Origin: an uncultured Gammaproteobacteria bacterium | GTDB taxonomy: Bacteria > Patescibacteriota > Patescibacteriia > Patescibacteriales > UBA12465 | Direction of reading: 5' to 3' | Assembly: GCA_964616855.1 (NCBI GenBank) | Contig: CAZTUJ010000001.1 | Location: 384,301-448,300 of the forward strand | Length of the DNA stretch: 64,000 nt | The notes under the pieces: model-generated | What the model saw: only the letters and a program-made list of their open reading frames with translations | The model's database searches: none | What the model was told of the DNA's origin: nothing | Shown here: positions 29,701 to 35,626 of the stretch, piece after piece | Numbering within the stretch: position 1 is the stretch's first letter | How the letters are laid out: every line of letters begins with the position of its first letter | Position numbers and translations under genes: made by a program

Positions 29701-30742
29701 CACTCAAGTAACCGCAACCCCTAACACCGGCTATCACTTTGTTGATTGGTCAGATGGAATATTAACTGCCGCTAGAACTGATTTAAATGTTCAAGCTAAT
29801 AAAACAGTAACTGCTAATTTTGCAATTGATGAACAAAGTAATATTTCAAATCCTCAACTTAGCCTACCAGCAGCTATTGGCAGTGGTTTAAGCGATGAAT
29901 CTATTCCAATGAACGAATCTCGTAGTATTGGTTCATTAACTAATTCTGGCACTAACATCCTAGCCTACATCAACTCTCAAGCTAATTTCCAGGCTCCAGA
30001 AAGTTCCAATGGCAATCAATTAGTAGGTCATAGTCTAACTATTTCCAACCTAAATTTAGCTACCAATATAATTACTCTTACCATCGCTTCTACTCCCCAA
30101 ATACTAACACTACAAAAAGGAGAAACGAGGCTGGTTGATATAGATGGTGATGGCATTAATGACATTGAAGTTACTTTCACGGACGTGTATGTGAACCGCG
30201 CTGAAGTAACTGTTAAAGCGCTAAATGATATTACTCCGATAATTACTTCAAGCTCAGAAAGTAACACTGAAGCAGTTACTAATGAAGAGTTAAAATTGGC
30301 TACTAAAATAAACACTAGTCTGATTAAAAAACTAGCCGGTCGTATATTACTACAGGTAGAAACCAAGGGCCAGGCCTGGTATTTAGACAAGATTTCTCTA
30401 AAAAGATATTATCTAGCTGACGGCCCTAGTGCCTATCAAGCTCTCCGTAAGTTTGGTTTAGGTATTACTAATACTGATCTAAATAAAATACCAGTAGCGC
30501 CTACTTCTGTTTTGCCAAGTGACTATGCTAAGAGTGCTAATTACTCAACCGAGCTAACTAATAGACTGTCAGGTAGAATAGTTCTTCAAGTAGAAAACCA
30601 TGGTGAAGCTTGGTACATTAATCCAGTCGATGGTTACAGATATTATCTAGCTAATGGAGGTGCTGCCTACCAGATAATGAGAAATTTGTCATTAGGAATT
30701 AACAATATTAATATTAGACAAATAAAAGTAGGAAATTGGTGA
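26741..30742 (+). CDS. Giant secreted mosaic surface protein: signal peptide, possible NodB-like region, three He_PIG-type Ig-like repeats, one Listeria-Bacteroides (InlB B-repeat-like) domain, two C-terminal ~55-aa repeats
   Basis: 1333 aa with an N-terminal signal (cleavage context VRA-DS). The FDDG motif sits in YSFDDGL. LPSGLSLDDSTGIISGTP occurs three times. GYHFVDWSDG is present, and the GRILLQVE...AWY...RYYL...AYQ module occurs twice. Confidence 0.85.
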   Translation: MSKVKIYTSIFLLFNFIFSGILLPFNDVRADSNKVITITFATTPVSPVVSKTQLKYNKDFVLSYSFDDGLIRGYDTAFKYMNGGYSDYLGQYFGGLYFTDGAGNNVPFRGGYAFYVRNASYSDIHINTPSYIKWTQLQEAVDSGWNVFNHGYTSASVSADNPNYVYYVGDPGGHATGSLDYTYELTQANVDIASHINLKNNAGTVTGPLNVSQVILPNGDDNYIQPAFDNGFNAVYAQSGIFPFDGSTTTAPTFTNVNNPISNNRHVMPRWFDYEYRYLSTGEYPGGLFNHVDQVASLSTSSTKYWTQSFTHHITTSTYPPDWNGGVTWDSWKSLMDHVENTYGRFGNDKAWVAGAEEVYNYMMVKQNSVVTQNLVGNVLTIEIDTTSVPANLKNYALSLLVSSDNNAVIDSINYGTDFTYHSDNKATGLINIDWGVNSYSKNDITRVESLVSEAETSKRKSDIDIARSYVDLLTTNPASIKTSYVSRLDAIVVPLRTWYINVKGITNLVNCNDYNGATTTKSYSPSIYNWNLFTVGNTSATACGDLSNIRDSDNQISNISLSNTAPFKNGGLPTADTGNNSAIYPDAVIGSAGQIYSSVTTPAKVKISGLESIKTYNIKLYGYTSATGATGNSAITLYTIGSTTKELIVKSNTTSTVEFLNVIPIAGEIEVTVAPKVAAWGYGFLNAFEIKENILAAPTNLSYNSPNTYIKNSAIIPLSPTVTGLGITYSVSPTLPSGLSISTSTGIISGTPTSATSLATYTVSATNNGGSTTFGVVMGINNIAPNSLSYNSPNNFTRNTSITPLSPTVSGEEITYSISPTLPSGLSLDDSTGIISGTPSATSTQTTYTVTATNSGGSTTFDVVIEVNHAAPTNLSYATPNSYIKDSAITPLTPTITGADLTYSISPTLPSGLSLDDSTGIISGTPSATSTQTTYTVTATNSGGSTTFDVVIAVGDVISYTLSYLASANGAITGTIYQSVVSGANGTQVTATPNTGYHFVDWSDGILTAARTDLNVQANKTVTANFAIDEQSNISNPQLSLPAAIGSGLSDESIPMNESRSIGSLTNSGTNILAYINSQANFQAPESSNGNQLVGHSLTISNLNLATNIITLTIASTPQILTLQKGETRLVDIDGDGINDIEVTFTDVYVNRAEVTVKALNDITPIITSSSESNTEAVTNEELKLATKINTSLIKKLAGRILLQVETKGQAWYLDKISLKRYYLADGPSAYQALRKFGLGITNTDLNKIPVAPTSVLPSDYAKSANYSTELTNRLSGRIVLQVENHGEAWYINPVDGYRYYLANGGAAYQIMRNLSLGINNINIRQIKVGNW
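29192..29339 (+). repeat. Perfect 148-bp repeat, copy 1 (copy 2 at 29453-29600)
   Basis: Compared base by base. The two copies are identical and offset by 261 nt. Confidence 0.9.
29453..29600 (+). repeat. Perfect 148-bp repeat, copy 2
   Basis: Identical to 29192-29339. Confidence 0.9.
30331..30739 (+). repeat. Two tandem C-terminal ~55-aa repeats of unassigned family (module also present at 39487-39840)
   Basis: LAGRILLQVETKGQAWYLDKISLKRYYLADGPSAYQALRKFGLGITNTDLNKIP and LSGRIVLQVENHGEAWYINPVDGYRYYLANGGAAYQIMRNLSLGINNINIRQIK. Confidence 0.8.
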
Positions 30743-30811
30743 AAAATAAGTAAATTTTAGCTATTATCAGCCATTGAAGTTCGGAAGCTGTCCATCCAAG
30801 CGAGCATATAT

Positions 30812-30840
30812 AAAATAGCCCTATTTCAGGGCTATTTTTA
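30812..30840 (+). terminator. Intrinsic terminator after the giant gene
   Basis: AAATAGCCC-TATTTCA-GGGCTATTT followed by TT. Confidence 0.8.
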
Positions 30841-30848
30841 GTAGGGAG

Positions 30849-30877
30849 TTTATAGCTTTAGAACCATATGGTATAAT
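30849..30877 (+). promoter_or_regulatory. Promoter with extended -10 (TTTATA-17-TGgTATAAT)
   Basis: Read directly from the sequence, about 45 nt upstream of the 30923 ATG. Confidence 0.55.
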
Positions 30878-30922
30878 TTTATGTAATAATAACATTATTA
30901 TTTAATTGAGTTGTTTATTTAT

Positions 30923-31507
30923 ATGGAAATTAAAGAAATTTTTGGTCTATTATCGGCCATAGTGTTATTGATAGGTGGGTTGCCATACTTAAAAGATATT
31001 TGGCAAAAGAAAATTCATCCTCATATCCTGTCCTGGCTGGGGTGGTCTTTTATTACTGCTCTTGGTGGTTCAGCAATGTTGGCCGAAGGCAGTCGTTGGG
31101 TAGTGGCATTACTTTTTGCTAATACCTTGCTCTGCTTTATTATAGCTGGAATGGCCATTGTAAAACGAGTTGGTGTTTGGAGAGCCTCTGTTTATGATCG
31201 TTTATTTTTTGCTTTAGGTATTATTGGTTTGCTTCTGTGGCAAATATCTGATTTACCGGTTATTGCCTTAATTTTTGCTATAGTGGCTGATTTTTCTTTC
31301 GGGGTTCCAACAATAATTAAAACTTATAAACACCCTGAAACCGAAACTTATTTTGCTTGGGCGGCCTCGGCTACTTCTGGTTTATTATCTCTTTTTGCCA
31401 TAGAGAGATTTAATTTTGCGGAGTTAGCCTATCCATTATATCTTTTTATTTTTGATACATTAGTATTATTGTTAGTTTTAAAGATTTTAAGAAGAAAAGT
31501 CGCTTAG
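30923..31507 (+). CDS. Six-TM membrane protein with internal 3+3 TM duplication (PQ-loop/SemiSWEET-like arrangement, tentative)
   Basis: The two halves carry similar loops after their first helix (GGLPYLKDIWQKK and FGVPTIIKTYKHP). I prefer the ATG at 30923 over the TTG at 30911. Confidence 0.5.
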   Translation: MEIKEIFGLLSAIVLLIGGLPYLKDIWQKKIHPHILSWLGWSFITALGGSAMLAEGSRWVVALLFANTLLCFIIAGMAIVKRVGVWRASVYDRLFFALGIIGLLLWQISDLPVIALIFAIVADFSFGVPTIIKTYKHPETETYFAWAASATSGLLSLFAIERFNFAELAYPLYLFIFDTLVLLLVLKILRRKVA

Positions 31508-31573
31508 TAAGGGAGAGGACTCTAAACGACTCAGCGTTATTTATTCAAAACCGTTCCAACTATATCCCAAACT

Positions 31574-31735
31574 CCGAGCCAAACATGAAAACAGGTTTTA
31601 AAAGCCTATTTTTGTTTTAATATTAGACACATTTTAAGTTCCAAAGTGGTTCTAACTATTTTATGATATTTGAGATAATTTATAGTAATCTTTAGAAAAG
31701 TCCCGATTTTATTGGTTTATATTGGTTCGAACCAA
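31574..31735 (+). repeat. Direct repeat copy B (degenerate tRNA-Gln 3' end, weakened hairpin and spacer)
   Basis: Aligns to 26435-26586. Upstream, GTTCCAACTATATCCC resembles the tRNA T-arm GGTTCGAATCCC. Confidence 0.8.
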
Positions 31736-31736
31736 T
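31721..31736. promoter_or_regulatory. Perfect 16-bp palindrome ATTGGTTCGAACCAAT (candidate operator)
   Basis: It lies immediately upstream of the -35 position of the tfoX-like gene promoter. The copy A counterpart is degenerate (ATTGGTTAGAATCCAT). Confidence 0.5.
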
Positions 31737-31740
31737 GTTC

Positions 31741-31769
31741 CTTTATTCGAAGTTAAGATATGGTATACT
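31741..31769 (+). promoter_or_regulatory. Promoter with extended -10 (TGgTATACT)
   Basis: TGGTATACT sits at 31761-31769, about 18 nt upstream of the 31787 ATG. The -35 is weak. Confidence 0.5.
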
Positions 31770-31786
31770 TAAGTAAATATTAAAAT

Positions 31787-32119
31787 ATGGCGAGCAAACA
31801 AATTGTAGTTGATTATATTATTGATCAGTTATTATCTCTTGGTAACGTAAGAGTCAGAAAAATGTTTGGCGAGTATGCTTTATATTGCAATGATAAGGTT
31901 GTGGCTTTGATTTGCAATAATAGATTGTTCGTTAAAATTACAGCTGAAGGCAAAAAATTTGTAGGTGGCGAATATTTAGAAGGCTACGCCTACAAAGGCG
32001 CAAAAGCATCAATTTTAATAGATGAGGATAAAATAGATGATTCTGATTGGCTCAGTGAGTTAATTAAAATTACGGCCTATAATTTACCAGTTTCAAAAAT
32101 AATGAAAAATACTAAATAA
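31787..32119 (+). CDS. TfoX N-terminal domain-containing protein
   Basis: 110 aa. VRKMFGEYALYCNDKVVALICNNRLFVK matches the TfoX_N pattern (MFGG.glY.dg..fa.i.dd.LyLK). Confidence 0.75.
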   Translation: MASKQIVVDYIIDQLLSLGNVRVRKMFGEYALYCNDKVVALICNNRLFVKITAEGKKFVGGEYLEGYAYKGAKASILIDEDKIDDSDWLSELIKITAYNLPVSKIMKNTK

Positions 32120-32122
32120 GAT

Positions 32123-32389
32123 ATGAAACATAAACTAATCAAAATTGCAGCGAGTTTAATGATTATATTAATTTTTAGTATTTTCTGGCTATTGAAATTT
32201 ATAAAATACGGCGCTAGCAACTGTGATACAAATGGAAAATCATGTGATTGTTTTTGTTGTAATTCATTCGGCTTACGAGGGTATGAATCTTGCGGAAATT
32301 ACGGATTTATTGTTGGAGTTGGTATTGGTCTGGTAGCCATGTTAATTATATATTTATTTTTAAAAAATATTAATAAATCAAAAAAATAA
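32123..32389 (+). CDS. Small two-TM protein with Cys-rich loop
   Basis: 88 aa. The loop between the helices reads NCDTNGKSCDCFCCNSFG. Confidence 0.5.
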   Translation: MKHKLIKIAASLMIILIFSIFWLLKFIKYGASNCDTNGKSCDCFCCNSFGLRGYESCGNYGFIVGVGIGLVAMLIIYLFLKNINKSKK

Positions 32390-32421
32390 AAAATAATTTT
32401 AATAATTTATATAATAAAATT

Positions 32422-33204
32422 ATGAAAAAAATGCTTATAAAAATTTTTACCGGATTTGTCTATATTGCCATGGTGGTGGTAAATTTTTTGGCCAACGGTT
32501 TGCCCCTTAATAACCGTTCTACTGGAGCCATCTCAGATGCCTATCCAAATCTATTTGCTCCTGCCGGCGCAGCCTTTTCTATTTGGGGTTTGATTTATTT
32601 GTTGCTTGGCGCTTATGTACTCTACCAATTTGTAAACAAGGATCAAAAAATAGATGCTCTAATAAAAAAAATTAATCCATTTTTCATTACTTCTTCACTA
32701 GCTAATATAGCCTGGATATTCACCTGGCACTACGATTACATTGGCTTTTCGGTAATTATTATGGCGGCATTACTTTTTTTTCTTATCAAAATTGCCGACA
32801 TTATTCGTGTGCAAAAATTTTCTTTACAAGAAAAACTCTTTATTTGGACCCCTTTTAGTGTTTATTTTGGTTGGATTACCGTAGCGACGATTGCCAACAT
32901 TACTGTATTTTTAGTGAGTATTGGCTGGAAGGGATTTGGCATTGCTGATTTTATCTGGACAAGTATTATTTTGCTTGTTGGCACATTAATTGGAATTTGG
33001 CGCATGCAAAAAGACAAAAATATTGTCTACGCATTAGTGCTTGTCTGGGCGTATTCTTGGATACTTTTTAAACACTTATCTTTGGGAGGATTTGGTGGGC
33101 AATATCCTTTGATTATTGCCACCGTGATAGCGTGCTTAATTTTATTTGTGTTATTTATTGAAAAAATTACCAAATATCGGATCAAAATGAAATTAAAAAA
33201 ATAA
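32422..33204 (+). CDS. Polytopic Trp-rich membrane protein, TspO/MBR-related (tentative)
   Basis: 260 aa with about 7 TM segments. PNLFAPAGAAFSIWGLIY and many Trp residues recall TspO-related families, from memory only. Confidence 0.4.
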   Translation: MKKMLIKIFTGFVYIAMVVVNFLANGLPLNNRSTGAISDAYPNLFAPAGAAFSIWGLIYLLLGAYVLYQFVNKDQKIDALIKKINPFFITSSLANIAWIFTWHYDYIGFSVIIMAALLFFLIKIADIIRVQKFSLQEKLFIWTPFSVYFGWITVATIANITVFLVSIGWKGFGIADFIWTSIILLVGTLIGIWRMQKDKNIVYALVLVWAYSWILFKHLSLGGFGGQYPLIIATVIACLILFVLFIEKITKYRIKMKLKK

Positions 33205-33214
33205 TATAAATTTT

Positions 33215-33922
33215 ATGAAAAAAACAGCAGAACAAGCTTTAGCGGAAATATTTGATGAATATAAAAATCAGGGGCTTATTTCTTTGTATTTATACGGATC
33301 AATTTTAACAAGCGATTATATTGAGGGTGAAAGCGATATTGATTCGATTGGTTTTGCCTCTGAAGATATGGCTCTATCCCTTGAAAATGAGATAAAGAAT
33401 AAGCTATGTGAAAAAACTGATTTTGATAAATTTGGTTTTAGGCTTTTATATAAATCAGAATTAGATACTGGCATCATTAAAGGCAATCTCGCTAGCTTTA
33501 TCCACCCTCAATTACTGCTTCTCGACCTACCTCATTGGAAGCACGTAGTAGGGAAAGACTTTTCAAGATCAGATTTCTCACTAGCTGATATTAATACGGC
33601 GGGAGCCGTAAAAATTAGATTAGAGCATCTGGTAAAAATTGAGGATGGTTCATATAAGACAGCTCCTGGAAATAGCCATGTTTTATTTTTAAAGGTATTA
33701 GCTCGAATCATCTTTCATTTACAGGGCGAGCGCGGTTGCAAAGAACCTTTTTCATATAGTTCAGTATTTTCTCATGCCAACGAAGAAGAAAAACCGGTAG
33801 CGCAAGCAATATTAGATTGTAAGAAGAGTAAATGGAGTAAATCAGTATTTGTAGAAAATGAGGCTATCTATAAAAATTTTATTAATGCCTTAAATAGTCG
33901 CTATCGTGAGCGACTTGGATAA
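33215..33922 (+). CDS. Nucleotidyltransferase-domain protein, AadA/ANT-like architecture
   Basis: LYLYGS...ESDIDSIGF is the polbeta-type NTase G[GS]-x(n)-DxD motif. It is followed by a helical C-terminal domain, as in aminoglycoside adenylyltransferases. Confidence 0.6.
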   Translation: MKKTAEQALAEIFDEYKNQGLISLYLYGSILTSDYIEGESDIDSIGFASEDMALSLENEIKNKLCEKTDFDKFGFRLLYKSELDTGIIKGNLASFIHPQLLLLDLPHWKHVVGKDFSRSDFSLADINTAGAVKIRLEHLVKIEDGSYKTAPGNSHVLFLKVLARIIFHLQGERGCKEPFSYSSVFSHANEEEKPVAQAILDCKKSKWSKSVFVENEAIYKNFINALNSRYRERLG

Positions 33923-33963
33923 TCATCTAAAAGGTTTTTACTCTTACTTCTGACTAAATTATT

Positions 33964-33991
33964 AAATAGACTAATTTTAGTCTATTTTTTG
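33964..33991 (+). terminator. Intrinsic terminator
   Basis: AAATAGAC-TAATTTTA-GTCTATTT followed by TTT. Confidence 0.65.
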
Positions 33992-33999
33992 TTATATTA

Positions 34000-34028
34000 T
34001 TGACAAAATAATGATAATATATTATATT
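34000..34028 (+). promoter_or_regulatory. Near-consensus sigma70 promoter (TTGACA-17-TATATT)
   Basis: Read directly from the sequence. It drives the 34113 gene through a leader of about 80 nt. Confidence 0.7.
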
Positions 34029-34051
34029 TTGGCATACCGTTCCTTAAAAAA

Positions 34052-34099
34052 TTTATTGGTTTTCAGAGAAGATTTAGATCTTTTGTGAAAACCAATAAA
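34052..34099 (+). promoter_or_regulatory. 48-nt leader hairpin in the 5' UTR of the 34113 gene
   Basis: Perfect 14-bp outer stem TTTATTGGTTTTCA/TGAAAACCAATAAA with inner AAGAT/ATCTT pairing. It ends 13 nt before the ATG. Confidence 0.6.
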
Positions 34100-34112
34100 A
34101 CTATAAAGCGAA

Positions 34113-34682
34113 ATGGAAATAAATATTCTGTATAAAGCGGAGTCATTAGATGACTTTTCTTTGCAACTCAAAAAGGTGATCCAGTATTTTGATGCTAAAA
34201 TCTTCAAGAAACCGGCTAAAGTAAGCATCCGAGAGGGCAAATTTTTTCTGGGAAAGGGCGCAGCTGCTTCCTCAACTAAGAAATGGCTCTTCAGACTTCT
34301 GGGGATGCCAGATGATTACTTCATATTTAGAGAGGGTAAGCATTTGGAAGATTTAAGCAAGTTAGAGTTTGGAGCTATTTGTTGCGGCATGCACGAAGTT
34401 AGGCACAGATTTCAGCACTATAACAATAGATGCTTAATCAGTCCGGCTTTTGCTAGGAAAAACACCAAATATTTTTCCAAAAAGATGGTTGATTATCTTT
34501 ATGAAAGCACCTATTCAAGGTATGGTAAAGATAAAAAAACCTTCGAAAGAGAATTTGACGCCTATCTTCTTGAATCAATCGTATCTTTAAATTGTAAGAA
34601 TTATAAAATGACAACAGAAGTTGTCACGGAATTAATAACTTGCAATCAGGAGAATATTGAGTCAATTATGCTAAAGATTTGA
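34113..34682 (+). CDS. Hypothetical protein with HExxH motif (possible zinc metallopeptidase)
   Basis: 189 aa. CGMHEVRHRFQH contains HEVRH. No family was recognised. Confidence 0.45.
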   Translation: MEINILYKAESLDDFSLQLKKVIQYFDAKIFKKPAKVSIREGKFFLGKGAAASSTKKWLFRLLGMPDDYFIFREGKHLEDLSKLEFGAICCGMHEVRHRFQHYNNRCLISPAFARKNTKYFSKKMVDYLYESTYSRYGKDKKTFEREFDAYLLESIVSLNCKNYKMTTEVVTELITCNQENIESIMLKI

Positions 34683-34701
34683 TAATTCTTTGATCATTCT
34701 C

Positions 34702-34729
34702 AAAAAAGCCGTTACCCAACGGTTTTTTT
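34702..34729 (+). terminator. Intrinsic terminator
   Basis: AAAAAAGCCGTT-ACCC-AACGGTTTTTTT. Confidence 0.75.
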
Positions 34730-34739
34730 ATTTATAAAT

Positions 34740-35031
34740 ACCCCTTAATAAGCTTAAATTGGCTCTTAGTTCGGGGCCAGATTAGGGGGCTTATAATCAT
34801 TGTTTGTAACAATATCACCCAAGGCACGGCAGGATAATTATGAGCGTTTTATGCGGCGGCCGCAGAGGCTACCTTATAAAATGCTCACGAAAAATATACT
34901 CTCGACATTAGAAAATAAATAATGTTACCAGAGTTTATTGCTTACGAGTGCAGACGCCTCGTTCCCACCGAGACGTCTGCACATCCTTGTAGGCATTAAT
35001 TTGGAAAAACTAATTTATTAATATAAATAAT
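34740..35031 (+). ncRNA. Candidate structured RNA / regulatory leader (unassigned)
   Basis: About 290 nt with no ORF over 25 aa on either strand. GC is locally higher than in neighbouring spacers. Several stems were found by hand: 34841-34850/34878-34887 (10 bp), ATTGTT/AACAAT, and a 13-bp stem at 34948-34982. Confidence 0.3.
34948..34982. promoter_or_regulatory. Strong GC-rich inverted repeat, no U-run on either strand
   Basis: GTGCAGACGcCTCG-TTCCCAC-CGAGaCGTCTGCAC, 50 nt upstream of the cupin gene ATG. Confidence 0.55.
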
Positions 35032-35436
35032 ATGAAAGGATTTAGCGCCAACATCGAAAAAGCGACTTTAGAAAATAATAATTTTCGTAAAGTTTTATAC
35101 ACGGCTAAACACAGCCAACTAGTATTAATGTGTCTTTTACCAAAAGAGGAAATTGGAATGGAGGTGCACGAGGACACTGATCAATTTTTCCGTTTTGAAA
35201 AAGGGCAGGGAAAATGTATTATTGATGATAGTGAATATATCGTTGGCGATAGATCGGGTGTAATTGTGCCCGCCGGCGCCAAACATAACATTATTAATAC
35301 TTCAAATTCAGAGAGTTTAAAGCTTTATACAATCTACTCCCCGGCTCACCATAAGGATGGAGTTGTCCATTCAACCAAACAAGAGGCCGACAAGGAGCAG
35401 AAAGAAGAAAAATTCGACGGAAAAACCACGGAATAA
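35032..35436 (+). CDS. Cupin domain-containing protein
   Basis: 134 aa. GMEVHEDTDQFFRFEKGQG...VPAGAKHNIINTS are cupin motifs 1 and 2. Confidence 0.8.
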   Translation: MKGFSANIEKATLENNNFRKVLYTAKHSQLVLMCLLPKEEIGMEVHEDTDQFFRFEKGQGKCIIDDSEYIVGDRSGVIVPAGAKHNIINTSNSESLKLYTIYSPAHHKDGVVHSTKQEADKEQKEEKFDGKTTE

Positions 35437-35470
35437 GCAGAGTGATTAATATTTTAAATTTAAGTTTAAT

Positions 35471-35500
35471 AAAAAGAAGGGGTAAAACCCCTTCTTTTTA
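35471..35500 (+). terminator. Intrinsic terminator
   Basis: AAAAAGAAGGGG-TAAAA-CCCCTTCTTTTT. Confidence 0.85.
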
Positions 35501-35626
35501 GGTATTAGTAATAATTTTTAAACAAGGATTGAGATCAGAGAGAGGGTACTATTTTTCAGTAAATAGACAAAAATGGCATTTTTATGCTATTTTTTATATA
35601 TATTTGATTATAATTAAATTAGTAAT

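Larger units (their letters stand above)
26440..31573 (+). mobile_element. Putative tRNA-Gln-associated islet (two genes) bounded by diverged direct repeats; no recombinase
   Basis: The segment is bracketed by repeat copies A and B. Copy B is preceded by a decayed T-arm-like stretch. Mobility is inferred only. Confidence 0.3.

Noticed and set aside
33215-34682. MNT/HEPN-type toxin-antitoxin pair (NTase gene plus downstream protein with RHRFQH, which fits Rx4H)
   Set aside because: The genes are separated by a terminator, a strong independent promoter and a long leader. The NTase is a two-domain AadA-like protein rather than a minimal MNT, and the Rx4H match overlaps an equally plausible HExxH motif.
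34789-34844. Purine riboswitch-like three-way junction (CTTATAA / TTATGAG P1, with TATAATC in the junction)
   Set aside because: P2 has a 3-nt loop instead of the conserved 7-nt L2. P3 cannot form more than 2-3 bp, so no loop-loop kissing interaction is possible. TATAAT-like strings are common in this AT-rich DNA.
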